DNA of 44,552 nucleotides from Chiloscyllium plagiosum (Eukaryota), in contig NC_057719.1 of the NCBI RefSeq assembly GCF_004010195.1, positions 53,023,857-53,068,408 of the forward strand. Direction: 5' to 3'. Numbering within the stretch: the first letter of the stretch is position 1; every line of letters begins with the position of its first letter. The notes below the pieces were generated by a model. That model did not search any database. It saw only the letters and a list, made by a program, of their open reading frames with translations, and was not told the origin of the DNA. The translations under genes were made by a program, and so were the position numbers. Of this stretch, positions 1-13,500 are shown piece after piece.

Positions 1-119
1 GAAGGGCTTATGCCCGAAACGTCGATTCTCCTGCGCCTTGGATGCTGCCTGACCTGCTGCGCTTTTCCAGCAACACATTTTCAGCTCTGATCTCCAGCAT
101 CTGCAGTCCTCACTTTCTC
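1..119 (+). mobile_element. 3' end (pseudo-LTR plus tail) of Penelope-like element, family A, cut by window start
   Basis: Near-identical to 32045-32132 and to the reverse complement of 44381-44505. Begins inside the hammerhead core (..GAAGGGC TTAT GCCC GAAACGTC) and ends with the tail ctgcagtcctcactttctc. Confidence 0.85.
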
Positions 120-124
120 ATCGG

Positions 125-600
125 TCTTTTTGAGACTGATCAGCTCAATCCATGGCCTAAAAGTCTTTGACTTGATGGAGCAGGAAGCCTTTTAGATATT
201 TAGATTTAGAGTGCAGGATTTGTTTCCTTTGCTTTTCCATCATTGCATCATTAAAGGTGTTGTCGTTAAATGTATGCAGCTTGATGGATAAATTGTCATC
301 ATTTTGAATAATTGGCAGTAAAACCTTTACATTCATATCAATGGTAATGTTGTTCAGAGAGAGCTTCATTGAAAAGTTTTCCTTGTTCTCCCCTGGAATA
401 TTTCACTTTTGAGTTGAGAATATAGGACGCTTTTGATTATCCAAATGTAATAGAGTCCATCAAAGTTGAATTTCTAGGAATATTGCCTGAATGCTTTTAA
501 ATGTGGCTTCGCGATTCTTTGATGTTCCTCCTATTCATTCCAGAGGATACAGTGGAGGCATTGCTGATGGATTCCTCTAGTGCTTTTATATGACATTTAC
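125..600 (-). pseudogene. Possible highly degenerate hAT (KIAA1586-like) transposase N-terminal relic
   Basis: Frameshifted peptides KESRSHI/KA, DNQKRPIF and NNITIDMNVKVLLPIIQNDDNLSI loosely resemble hAT/KIAA1586-like transposases. By-eye similarity only. Confidence 0.25.
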
Positions 601-612
601 GTGTCTCCACAG

Positions 613-673
613 TAATTAGGGACAGACAATAAACACTGGCACAGCTAACAAAACCCAAATCCCATGAATGAAT
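613..673 (+). mobile_element. 3' tail of L2/CR1-related LINE or derived SINE
   Basis: caataaacactggcacagc...cccatgaatgaat resembles the tails at about 16980-17030 and 43010-43060. Confidence 0.5.
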
Positions 674-719
674 TTAATAGAAACGCAGTTCAGGTTTCAC
701 TGCAGTACAGGATTATGGT

Positions 720-1400
720 GTAAACAACTGCCTCGCATACTGCAAGTTTTATTGATTCAGAAAGACATTTGCTTTCAAACATTTGCAGCTGTAGTTTGAA
801 TAAGGCTGAGCTGACATAGCTGATCCAGTGCTGAATCTCTCTGTCAAAGATAACCCTTTGAGAGAGCTGATTTCCAAAATATGGAAAGTGTTTAGCATAA
901 TCCACTCTCCTTCAACAGGTATGGGTAAGGGGTGGAATAGTCGGCTGATAAAGTGTGATTTGATATGTAGGTTTCGTTTTTGCAACATCCACGGATATGT
1001 CAAGTTTCTTGAACATAGAATTGAAGAGACTGAAAGTGGCTTTCAAAATTTGATCCTGAGTTTGCAAAAACACTGCAGTCATCTGCAACCTGCAGATTAT
1101 GTACAGTATATTTATGATGGCCAGTTTAGTTTTGGCACTAAGACAACTGAGGCTAAAGAATTTTCCAATCAGGCAGTATTTAATACTGACTCCAGAGGCT
1201 AGTTGACCTTTGATGAGGTAAATAGCCACTGTTGGACAGACTGTAAATTTTATGGGGTTTTTTTGAACGCAGTTCAGATTTTGAAGGCATCGGGCTCAAA
1301 TCTTCCTCTCAAGACAGTTGCAATCATATCATCACGAAGCAGTTGCAGGAGTGTGATGAATTTCGTTTTAGAAATCCAAATATTTGGAGCATGCAAGCAA
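720..1400 (+). pseudogene. Possible degenerate hAT (KIAA1586-like) transposase C-terminal relic
   Basis: ORFs 828-1202 and 1203-1493 share a frame separated by one stop. The motifs ELISKIWKVFSIIHSP, LILSLQ and KTVAIISSRSSCRSVMNF fall in the order expected for hAT core and dimerization regions. Confidence 0.35.
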
Positions 1401-2059
1401 AGATTTTGGAACATTAATAGGCAGAAGGTTAAAAACAATAACCCTACGATTATAAACAAAGCAGGGAATCAAACATGTGAAGTACAAGAATAAATAAGAG
1501 GGAAAATTGAATCATAGAGCTTGCTCAACCACATCTAGAACCTAATTGATCTTATCGATGGAGGAAACAAATGAGCCTAGTAAGTAAATATATAATTCTT
1601 CCTAATGAAATGAGTGAGCATATTTTATTACCTTATTTTCTAATTGAATTGAAAGCTTGAAGACAAATAACTCATGCAATTTGCAGCTGATAATTAGACT
1701 TAAATTAATTTTGTACTTGGAAAGCTAACATAATACAAGGTTGTTTACCTCTAGAAGAATTTCAAAAAAATGACCATTTCTCTTACTACAAAATGCAATT
1801 AATTCTAACCTGAACAAATTGGGAATGCTTATATTTAGCCAGAAAATTAGATTATACAGGACATTTTTTCAGTCGTATGTGAAAATAGAATTAAATAAAT
1901 GCTTCATCTACCATATTCAAGAAACTCTCTGATTATTTTAAGCAGTCCACTAAAGTTTCATCAAGCCTCAAATTTTAACAGTGTTTTTGGGACATGAACC
2001 TTTGCTCCTATCTACGTCCAAAGTAAACCTCCCCTCCCGTCTCTTCTAATTGAAACTTA

Positions 2060-2411
2060 CAGAATACTGAGAGACCATGATAGGGAGAATATGCTTTATA
2101 TGGAGAATATAGTTCCTAGTCTCTCCTACTGGTGGAAACAAGGGCATAGCCTTAGAGTGAAGGGACAACCCTTTGGAACAGAGATCAGGAGGAGTTTCTT
2201 CAGACCGAAGGTGGTTAATCTGTGGAAATCATTGCTACAGAGGGCAGTCCCAGTCATATAAATGAGTGGATGTGTAAGGGAATCAAGGATTACAGTGAGG
2301 AGGTAGGAGAATGGCATTAGGAAACCCACCAATCATGATTTAATTGGTAGAGCAGTCTTGATGGGCCAAATGGCCAAATTCTTCTTCTATATCTTGTAGT
2401 CTTATGGTCTG
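2060..2411 (+). mobile_element. CR1-clade LINE 3' fragment
   Basis: agggcatagccttagagtgaaggg (GHSLRV-like ORF2 C-terminus), gtggttaatctgtggaa, and a 3' tail tcttgtagtcttatggtct. Confidence 0.75.
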
Positions 2412-3616
2412 ATAATGAGATGTCAGTCATTGTAGACTTTCTCCTTTTTTATTTTGCTTTTCATATAGTGTAATGAAGGGACCTTTCCAAATCTGATTTT
2501 AATGCAAAACAAACAGAATAAAATAAAAGCATCTCTTCCTTGTAATCATAGTATAAAGGGTTAGCTACAATTAGGCAGTGCAGCAATGTACAGGATTGCA
2601 CAATATGATGCAGTGTCACATAATATGGTCTCTTTTTGCACAGTAAGGAGTGTATTAAAAAAAGTTTCTATAATATTGCCTTCTGTTGAACAATCCCATA
2701 AGATATAGCCATTGCAAGATGTGTTCCAATAATATATTTTACCTTCCTCAGTGGTCTCTATAAATATTCGCTAATACTTTAACCAGATCAAGAATATGTT
2801 ATGGTAGCAACACATGAAAGAAAAGCTATGGAAATGTTTCAAATTTGGAAAATTTTAAGCAGTTTGGAGGTTTCAACCAAGCAGACGTGTAGCTAGATTG
2901 ATATTAGAAGTTTTCTAGATATTGTACTGTGCTGCACCTCGCTGCAGATCATATTTGATTATTTAGATTATATTTTTAGAATAGATTAGATTATGTGATT
3001 GGTGGCTTTACAGACAATGTTCCAGTCAAGTAGGGGATTGATGAGGAAATAGCCATGAACAATAAAGTTATAAATGCACTTAATGCTGACCTCAGTCTGA
3101 TAAAGAACACTATTGTCAAGCAGGATAAATTTAACAAGCTTACAACAAGAGTAACATGTTGATGTAAGTACAAGTGACCTATACAGAATTAAATAAAAAT
3201 ATGACGATGGAAGTTTGTAAAATTAACTCATCAGAAATAAATGTCATTCAATTGTAACTGGTCTGACAGTCAGACAGCAAGTTGATCTATTGTTGAAATA
3301 CTTGATGAACAGTCTTAAAGCATATTAAAGTGCACAAAACAACACTCTATTTCTTTGTTTGATACAGCTTGCTAGTAAAAGGATAAATTCGTATCAAGAG
3401 GTCAGTTTAACCCAGTTGATAAAGGCAAGGGCTCAGTATGCACATTAGATTGATACTAAGCAAAAGAAATCAAAAGTATTTTATTAAAACGTAAATTGGA
3501 ATACAGATGAGCTTTGTACAGAATTCAAAATGTTAAGGGATGTCTCTGATGTAGATAAGCAAGCCATGAAGATTTACTAAGCAATTGTGATTGAAGGTTT
3601 TCACAGACTTAATACA

Positions 3617-3926
3617 TTAGGATTAGATTACTTACAGTGTGGAAACAGGCCCTTCGGCCCAACAAGTCCACTCCGACCCGCCGAAGCGCAACCCACCCAT
3701 ACCCCTACATCTACCCTTACCTAACACTACTGGCAATTTAGCATGGCCAATTCACGTGACCTGCACATCTTTGGACTGTGGGAGGAAACCGGAGCACCCG
3801 GAGGAAACCCACGCAGACACGGGGAGAATGTGCAAACTCCACACAGTCAATCGCCTGAGGCGGGAATTGAACCCGGGTCTCTGGCGCTGTGAGGCAGCAG
3901 TGCTAACCACTGTGCCACCGTGCCGC
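3617..3926 (-). mobile_element. HE1-type V-SINE, full length
   Basis: Minus strand has a tRNA-like head with A box (tggcacagtgg) and B box (gggttcaattccc), the V-domain core gtgggtttcctccgggtgctccggtttcctccc, and a CR1-like tail with aatct repeats. Confidence 0.92.
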
Positions 3927-5057
3927 TCACAAAAGCTAATTTTCAGATTAAAAGCTGAAAAACTGCAAGATACACAAAACATATTAGAAGAGAAACTCTT
4001 AACAGATTTTTATTCATTGGCTGGATTTCTTAGCATTTAGACAGAAGCCTTTTCAACCTATGGAGCACTTTGAGAGCAGATGCAGAAAAAGAGGTGAATT
4101 ATTTGATTTTTCACATGAGGAGCTAGCAAGCAACATTGTTAAATTGTTGATTGCATCCATTCCCTTGGAATCTATCCAGAAAGATTAGCTTGACAAACCA
4201 AAGATTTATCGCACAAAGAGTTTCTGAAGGATGCACAGAAGTATAAAATGATGCTCACAGGTTGATGAAGCTTAGAGTTTCTAAATACAAACTTGAAGTT
4301 TGACACAATCACTAGCAAGAATATATGAAAGGTGTGGCTTTCTGCTTTGTAAAGGAAATGCATAGTTTTAAATCAATGTTGCAAGGCACATAGCAGAAAA
4401 ATCCTTCGAAATAGTCAGTGCATTGGATCCAAGGCTGGTGCAGTGACAAAGAACTGTCCACTCACCCAAACAGCCCTTGCTCATAAAGTATCTTTAAGCG
4501 ACAGTGAAAATTCTCTGGTATCCCAAAACAGCTGCATACATGAAGTGATCAAGCAAGATGTTATAATACCCACTACAAGATAAATAGTGGTGAACACATT
4601 CTTCACATTGTTAACATTATGAAAAAGATCTCAATGCTATCACTACAGTGTTTGAAAAAATTCAATTTATCCAGCCTCAGAAAACTGAAGATCTTTTGTT
4701 ATTTGCCAAGATTAACAGAGGTATAAATAGTAATATATTACACCAGAATACTCTAAGATCAATGTACTACCACCAGAAGATTAAGGTCCTTGTGGAAACC
4801 ATGACAAAACTTACAATCGTAAAACATACAACATACAATGGTTCACTAATTCTTTGTGCAAGATTAATTGTGCTAAAGTGTAAGCACAAACAATCTGTGA
4901 ACCTCAGGAATAATGCCTATATCTTAAATTCATGTACCTTTAGCATGTAAATAACCAGAACATTTTGAAAGAAAAAGGCAGTTTCAAGGAAGCTACAACA
5001 TTGCATTCGAAGGAGAATGCCAACTCATATCCATTGACCCAAAATATAAGCGCACAT

Positions 5058-5130
5058 AGCAGGTCGGGCAGAATCTGTGGAGAGAAAGTAGAGCTAACAT
5101 TTTGGGTCTAGTCACCCCTCTTCAGAACTG
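5058..5130 (-). mobile_element. Old PLE-derived fragment with decayed hammerhead-like core
   Basis: Minus strand reads ctgaaga ggggtgactagaccc aaaatgtta. Related to 15450-15545, 25128-25280 and 36215-36428. Confidence 0.55.
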
Positions 5131-5759
5131 GACTTCCTACCCCAACCACAGCGCAGGTCCATAATATCACTGAGAGTTTATGTACATCACCACAAACTGG
5201 TTCTCAAAGTTGGATCCACAGTACGTTTTCAAGGGGAGGAATTACTGGCAGAATCTCTGAGAAGCGTAGAGACACACCAATTTTCTTTACATGCGATACA
5301 TGATGACACTGTTGGACCATCAATTGTGCAGCAAAGCAGTCTGGTGCTGCTGTTCTCTGCCTATTATTGACAGATTTTGTTGCCTGCCTGCACATATATT
5401 TTATTGATTCTGATTTTTAGCAAACAATGTTTCCCCATAATATCTTTAATGAGGATTTAATCAAATATATATCTTTTTATACTCAGCACATCTTCAAAAT
5501 TTTCCACTAATGTCTTCGGTCACATGCAATATTAAGTATTGTTCCAATTTTCCTCACACCTTCATCTTCATGAGGTATTAATAAGGAGGCCTTATATCTA
5601 CTTCTATTCAAGACCTACTAGGTTGGAATAGAGTCAGAACATACAGCTTGAAAGTAACACTACTGTAGCTGTACTGTAAGATCCTACTGCTAGAGCATTC
5701 TTATAAATTTGTTTACCGAAGTTTATGAGAAATTACATCAGACACACAAATATTGCAGA

Positions 5760-6100
5760 TTCATACAGTATACAAGAGGCACTTCAGCCCATTGAGTCTG
5801 CGCCAACCAAGTTATACTAATTCCACTTTCCAGTACTTGACTCATAGCCTTGATTGTTAAGATATTTTGAGTGCTCATTCACATACTTTTTAAAGTTTAT
5901 GAGATTTCCTGCTTCTCCTGCATTGAATTCCAGATTCCCACCACTCTCTGCATGAAAACATTTTTCCTCAAATCCCCGTTAAACCTCCAGCCTTCACCTT
6001 AACATTATGCCCTCTTGTTAGTGACCCTTCAACTAAGGGGTACTGCTGTTTCTTATCTACTCTGTTAATGCTCCTCATAATCTTGTATAACTCGGTCAGA
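5760..6100 (-). mobile_element. CR1-clade LINE 3' fragment
   Basis: catacagtatacaagaggcacttcagccc tail and ccagattcccaccactctctgcatgaaaa motif, as in other CR1 copies in the window. Confidence 0.7.
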
Positions 6101-9100
6101 TATTCATCTGTACAATATTATTGCACATTCAAGATATTCAAAACTAGCAAGGCCACATGAACGTAAATTAATTATAACAGCCCTGCAATCTTATCCATTC
6201 ACTAATAACTGCAAGATATAACCATACACATAATCATAAGTGGAAGATCAGAATGCTTTGATTGCAGCCATCTCCTTTTGTTGTGACAGGCATTGACAAT
6301 TTCTAATTGCAGTTGCTAGATTCCATGAATAATCACTTCTTCCATCTGCTTTTTCCAATAGAGGAATGGGTACTCCTTTGACAGGACCTCACCATCCTGT
6401 AAACATTTATCTTAATATAAATTATGCAAGTGGTTATGAAATTATTTGTTTGAGTTATGATGATAAAGCCAGTCCTGACATTACCCAATCTTCACAAGCT
6501 TCCAGAACTTTCACACTGTAGCTTCAAAATTGCTGGGAATGCTCTGCAAGTTGATATTTCAGGACTTCTGCAATTATCGGAATGGCAACCCCATTTTGGA
6601 AATCTTCATAATCCATGTCAACATAGTGCAAGTATGAAGCATGAACTGGAGGCATTAATGGTGTAAAAATGACTACAAATGATATGATTTATTTCACTAA
6701 TTGTCATGAAATGAAGTAACTTGGATTGTATCTAGATATACTAAAGTAAGTGATAATGCATTGATTAGAAACTTAATATGACTCATTAAACAATATGCTT
6801 GAAAACTTATTATTTCTTGGCAAGCTAACAGGTAAAAGAACAACATGCTTATAATACAAATATCTTCAGATGCATTCTACTGTGTTGTCCATTGCATAGA
6901 GTGTTATTCTACATTGAAAAGATAGCTGTGAGATGAATAGCAAAGATTTAAATCGCTCCTCATGGCCAAAATTCATACTTTACAGAAGAGGTCAGCCATC
7001 AATTTGGCTTTTTGAAAGCTGTGACAGATGTAGAAACTTTATGCTATTTTACATAATGAAATTAATGTTGCACCGCAGGATTTGTTTACACAGCTGTTCA
7101 GGGATATGTAAAATTCATGGTTTTGACAGACTTGTTAGCTTTCAAAAGCAGGTAATTTTTTTACTATAACTTTCATACAATAAGTGTTTATGTTGATGGA
7201 CTAATTAGTTTTTTTGAGTTCTGATTATTAGAATGTTTTCTATTAATAAAGTAGATGCTAGTTAATTGATTTGGTGTATGGGGTGAAAGGAATGAAATGT
7301 TGGTGTGAGAGGGTTAGAAGCTAGGAACATTAAGGGGGTACTGATTAATGCGAGGAGATTTTGCTTTGATCTGAAGTACTAATAAATATTTCTGTGAATG
7401 GAGGCTTCTCTTTGGCAATAGGCAATATACTCTCGGCCATCCCACCTATGCAGGGATGAAAATCTCCCTGCCTGCACTGTTGGGAGAGAAAGGGGATTGC
7501 AACATTTGCAATTTCCAACTCCATGACTAAAAAGTTTTCTACTTGTCTCAATCTAACAGAACTTTCAGCATGTTCCTATTCATGTTTGTCTGTTACAAGT
7601 CAATTACAGGCTGTTGAAGGACATGAACTCCCTTGAAATAGGAAGTCATAAGTTCTAAACCACCTCCCCATGACCAAACCATAGACTTCACCCTGTACTA
7701 CAAAATATGAGCAGCTAAACCTTAGCACATTATAGAGTGGTAAGCTATTTGGGGTTTTAACTGTAACCTCGTCGAAGTGAGAGGTAACTGAACTCTGACT
7801 GATTAAAAGACAGGAATTTATATTATCAGAAACAGCAGTGCAGAGTAACTGTTAATACTTAGTGCAATAAATAAAAGCCTGAAAGAGACAATTGAACAGA
7901 AGGAACATTCACACATTGATCTTTCCTGGAACCAGGCAACCCCTACGATGGGGTAAGGATTTTATTACTATATTATGATGACAATATTATTCCCATTCAT
8001 TACTGTAAAAAAAACACAAAGCAAAGTGAGAAGTGATGTAAAGCACTGAACATCTCAATGAGTTGATAACAGGACATGTTATTGATTATTATTGATTGTT
8101 GATTGTATTATCGATTATTAAAGGAGAATTACACCAGAAGGTGTTAGCTACAGTCAGGAGAAGAAGGATGGTGACCGGTCATCTCAAGATCCGGATCTGC
8201 ATCAACACTGGTAATGACTGAGGCATTTGAACTGTGGTAACTTATGTAGAATTCAATCAATCAGGCATTTTGTCTACTAGTCTGAACAAATCACAGGAGT
8301 ATTTCTGCTGGGGAGTGATCATTGTGAATTCAAAAAGTGAGGTTATGCCAAACTTTGTTTTGAATGCATTTTGTTCTTAGAATTCCTGAAGTCTGTGACC
8401 TATGGCAGGAGTAGGCGGATGGGAATGAAAACCTTTATGCTGTTGACAATGGTTATGTCGTCCAAAGGTCCCCTGGCTTTATCATTTAAATAATATTAAG
8501 ATTGTCTGTACCAACTGACCTTGCTTTCCTAGCAAAACTATTGATTGACACAGCTTTGAAGTATGGCTGTACATAGTGTTTAGCTCTTTCTTATAACAGT
8601 TGGCCTTGAAAATGTTATTTCTCGTCAGAGTCAAATGGTTCTTAGTTTTCTGAAAGAAGCAGGCTGCAGCTTTTAGCACAGCACTCTGCTTTTAAAAATG
8701 TCTATGTTGGCCTTGCAAACCATGCTGGTGCATGTGATCAATTATCTGCATAACTGGCCTATAATATGCAAAACTGCCACTTTATACTATGTTAGCACAG
8801 GTTACATAACTTTACACCCTCTAATTGTTAAGCTATTTGGAAATTTTGCAATTGCTGACATGTTAGTTTCTTACATTAGTGTAGTAGGATTTAAGGCAAA
8901 ATGTGTGTGAATAGACTGCATTTCTGTATCTGATCAGGGAGTGTTACATGCCAGCAGTGTGTAGCTCCAGGATCAATGTGAGGGATGCTATTATACACTA
9001 TTTGATAGTGTATTGAAAGACAAGCATTGCTCTCATATCCACACAGACACAGGTGCATGGACACACACACAGCATTGTATTAGTCATTTAGAACCTTGTA

Positions 9101-9360
9101 TTTCAGTCATATGTTTCTTTATTTCCTATGAATGAATGAAAACTTGGTGTGGTGAAATTCTGTGCACTGGGTTTGTCTTATGGTACTGGAATGGCAAAAA
9201 AAGGAAGTTGGTATTCTGATCAAACAATTGCATATGATATGAGAAGAGGAAGGTAGAAGGGGAAGAATTTGTCAACTCAGAATTTTAATAAATCTTGTGA
9301 AACTGTGCTTGACCTGTGAAAGACATTTCTTTTGTGATTGTAAAACTGTCTCCAACATTC

Positions 9361-9557
9361 TAGGTTCCCCATGGGAGACTGATTAGCAAGGTTAGATCTC
9401 GCAGAATACAAGGAGAACTAGCCATTTGAATACAGAACTGGCTCAAAGGTAGAAGACAGAGGGTGGTGGTGACAGGTTGTTTTTCAGACTGGCGGCCTGT
9501 GACCAGTGGAGTACCACAAGGATCGGTGCTGGGTCCTCTACTTTTTGTCATTTACAT
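9361..9557 (+). mobile_element. CR1 (HER1-like) RT fragment
   Basis: Translates VPHGRLISKV...[12 protein letters not shown]...[23 protein letters not shown] with one internal stop. Confidence 0.9.
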
Positions 9558-9790
9558 ACTCCCTCTCTGTGAATCACCTCCATTAGTTCAGGATGAAGAG
9601 ATATATAGAAGAGCACAATAGGCAGAGCCCTCCAGGTCCTAGAGCACCAGACATTACCTGCCAACTACAACTGAGGTAAGATGGCAGAGTCAGAAGCAAG
9701 TTTATATTCACTTCATCTACTATTTTCAGGTTATCTGCTGTTGATTCCCCATTCTCACTCTCCATTCCACTTTCTCAACACTCACTCACT

Positions 9791-10040
9791 CAGGTAAAAA
9801 CAATGACTGCAGATGCTGGAAACCAGATTCTGGATTAGTGGTGCTGGAAGAGCACAGCAGTTCAGGCAGCATCCGAGGAGCAGTAAAATCGACATTTCGG
9901 GCAAAAGCCCTTCATCAGGAGGGCTTTTGCCCGAAATGTCGATTTTACTGCTCCTTGGATGCTGCCTGAACTGCTGTGCTCTTCCAGCACCACTAATCCA
10001 GAATCTGGTTTCCAGCATCTGCAGTCATTGTTTTTACCTG
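9791..10040. mobile_element. 250-bp palindrome built from two PLE termini
   Basis: Arms 9791-9911 and 9920-10040 are reverse complements with one mismatch, around an 8-nt spacer tcatcagg. Minus strand has CTGATGA AGGGC TTTT GCCC GAAA TGTC. Confidence 0.9.
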
Positions 10041-10123
10041 GGTTGAGATATCTGGTCGGCTTTGACGGGTTGGACCGAAGAGTTTGTTTCCATGCTGTAC
10101 ATCTCTGTGACTCTATGACTCTA
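10041..10123 (+). mobile_element. CR1 (HER1-like) 3' tail
   Basis: gggttggaccgaagagtttgtttccatgctgtac followed by ctgtgact ctatgact octamer repeats. Confidence 0.85.
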
Positions 10124-10343
10124 AGTATTAGGGATAACAGTCTAGATGACAGCATAGATTTATTCAAGCTTAGCCTTGAAGAAGATATCCAGAGAAAACA
10201 CATCTGGTGGTGACTTCAAACATAAGAATTATGTAATTGAAATCCAATTAAATGATCATAAACCAGGTAATAACTTAAATGACAGAGCCATATCACATAG
10301 AGAGCTGTAAAGAATAAACTTCCTAAACAATTCACTACTATAG

Positions 10344-10500
10344 AGAGGAAGTGAGATGCAGAAGCTGGCAATCAGAGTCGAAAAGTGTGGAGCTGGAAAA
10401 TCGTAGCAGGTCAGGTAGCATGATGGAGGGCTTATGCCCGAAATGTCGACTCTCCTGCTTCTCGGATGCTGCCTGACCAGCTGTACTTTTCCAGTGCCAC
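10344..10500. mobile_element. Older inverted PLE-derived mini-element
   Basis: A minus-strand tail and arm, then a plus-strand gggcttatgcccgaaatgtc arm. Degenerate flanking direct repeat acaattcactactatag / acaattccccgctacag. Confidence 0.7.
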
Positions 10501-13500
10501 ACAATTCCCCGCTACAGCTGGAGTACAGCAGACTTGCCAACTGCTCCAGATGTGCCAGCAAAACTATTGAAGGATTGACTTCCTGGACAGCAGGATTGCA
10601 AAGAAACCAGTTTCATTGTGAGCAGTCCTATTGCTTAATTATTTAATAGAGATGCACTATATTAAGTGGCAAAGCAATCAAATTGTTATGCGCCATTGAT
10701 ATCTAGGCAAAAATCTTTAAACCTATATATGGATTTTGCAGTTCAAAAAAACAACAGTTTGATTAATAAGTGTTTGGAGTTCCAGTTGTAAAGGAATTTT
10801 CTGTTATTAAACTTTTAACAAATGAATTTCTATACTGAAACATATCATTTTGCTGTAAATGCAGGTATATAACCATCTCAATTGCTGTAAAGGCATGTGG
10901 GTAATTATTTAATTTATGCAGTAAATATTATAATTTATGTAGTAAAAATATCATTATTATACACTTGGGGAACTAAAACTAAATTATCCTGTTCTAAGCC
11001 GTATTCCCTGCTGGAGCTCAATCTCAAGGCTGTGCTTGTACAAACCTAATAGTTATCTAGTCTGTTATCTCCAACACCCATATAAATCTCCAATATTGGG
11101 GCAAGGGAGATATTTCATTATGAGACCCTTTTCTCACACAGCTGAAAATTCATTTGCAGACTGTTGCTGATTTCAGCAAGTCTGTGTCTTAACCACACCT
11201 CCCACATCCTGTTTGCTGCTTTCAAATTGACATAGCAGTTCTTCAGTCAGGGTACCTCCTTTGATGCTTCAATTCTCCCACCACAAGGACTCTGCACGTG
11301 GGACTGCACCAAAATTAAATTTACATTCAGAGATATGAACAAAAAAGACCAATTACATAATGTAAAATGATTACTATAATACCAAGGAAAATAACACATT
11401 GGCTTACAATATATCTGAATATCATGATTCATTTGTGCACAAGAAAATCACGTCTTTATCCGGTACAACATAAGACAAATTTCTGCAGTGAAATAAAATT
11501 TGTCACATTGAATTGAATTTTCTATGATCTGCATATTTCTTCAACAATGACAATGTGCTATTTAGGGAGGTAACATTTCACAGGACACTAGGGTATTATA
11601 GACACATGCAGTAAAACTGAAATAGTCTCATAGACAATATAAACAAGGTCCCACTGCATTGAAACAGTTGCATTAGTTTTCATTTTTCCTGTTACAGATT
11701 TTTACCCATGTCATATTTTTGCAATATGCTAACATTTAACATTTAAAAACTAAATTAGGTCAAGGCAATAATAATTACACCAAAATATTGGCAATATTCA
11801 ATGCTCCATCAGTTTTTTAAAAAACTCTTGTGTTCATTTTTCCAACGGTGAAGAAGTCACTTTTTTAAAAACTTAACGTGATAGACTCTCAATATGTTTT
11901 AATTTACATGGACTAGGGAAGTCTATAAATTTGGAACAAATAATGGCAGCAGAGAACTTCAGCCTTTTCCTCATCACTAATACATAAATCGACAAATATG
12001 GATGAGAGTTCTAAAAATAAAGGCACAGTTTGGCTTTCCTTTTAATGATATCATTTGATTCACTTGACTGGTTATAGCCTTCTACCTACCAGGGATTGAT
12101 TCCCTAATACGTAGCTCATGTCCCGTATTTAAGCAAATAAGTAGCTGTTAAAAAAAAGAATTTTCACACAAACCTTATTGCTGAAACAATTTGTTGCAAA
12201 AAACTCATTGTCACCACATTGGTTACTAGTATGTTGGTCAGTTAGTTTTGAGCTTACAGAACAATATGGTTTTGCTTTTATGATTATGAAATGTTAAGGT
12301 ATATTTTTGAAATTTGTGTTCTAACACCTTTACGAAATGTTTTTGATCAGATTTGAGCATCAGCCAGCCATGAGGTATTTTTGAACAAAAGGATTGAAAA
12401 ATACATAAGTTCTATTCCTTGTGTATGCAGCTCTATTTAGGAGCATGAATTTTCGAATTCTTCCCTCTTTGTTTAAACATGTACATATCACCTGTCCTAC
12501 AATCCTTCAGGACTATGCATTTATCTCACCTTTGCCACTTGTACAATTTCCATATTTTGTCTCAACATTGCTCTCTTGTCTTAAACTACTGAGACCCTCA
12601 GCTCTGAAAACCAATTCCAAAACCTCCGTTAAGTCCTTCATGAACATCTTTAGAACTTCCTTTCTGATGAAATTTTTAATCACCACCACCCCAACCAAAA
12701 CCCAAGATTTGGTGTCAGTTGGCTTGGTATCAATATGTATCACTGTTACTGTGCAGCATGTTGGGAGGTTTTCCTGTGGTACATATTCTATGTAAAGGCA
12801 AGTTCTTGATGTTTCTGCTGACACCTTTCAAATGTGCTAACAATCAAGTCCCACTATTTCACATGCTGTCATAAATGTGCAACAAGCCAATTAAGATAAT
12901 AAAGTTGCCTGACTGACTGGTATTCAGGACAAAAATAATTCACAACGGGTTTTATAATTACTAGGAAAATAACTCTCTTTATTTGAAAGCAAGTTATTCT
13001 TTAACAACTAGCAAAGTAAAATGGATCACGCATACTGCAAATGTAACTTAAGCTATGTCCTTTAAAACCTCAAACATACACACATTCATTCTGGAATAAA
13101 GCAACCAAAAATATATGGAGAGGGGGGGGAGGGTTGACACAAATGTTATGGGTCAAAAATATGGACAGCCAAAGACAAATTTTGTAGTTCAAGAGTCCAG
13201 AACAAAAGAATGGGCTAAATTGTTTCTTACAATTGTTTTGTTGATTTTTTAGTGATGGTGAAAGGATACTGTAGCAGAGTCATGGCCAATCTTTGATTCA
13301 ATGGTTGATCAGGTGGACCTATGTCTTTTCTTGTATTAAAACTCCTGCTTTTCAGAGATTTCAAGTTATGTCTTTGTCATTTACAGAGAGCAATGATAAG
13401 AGATATTTCTTGCTTGCAGACTTCTGGTCATCTCTGGGTGCACTGCACTCACAGCTCTGTAACAATTTGGAACTTAACAAATCTGAAGGCTGGCTTTATG

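Noticed and set aside
3850..3926. tRNA gene (also at 21937 and 37686)
   Set aside because: These are tRNA-derived SINE heads continuing into a V-domain and LINE tail.
9782..10046. Near-identical 77/78-aa ORFs on opposite strands
   Set aside because: A direct consequence of the palindrome.
12421..12824. Overlapping 124-aa and 103-aa ORFs
   Set aside because: No recognisable domain or splice context; probably an old decayed repeat.
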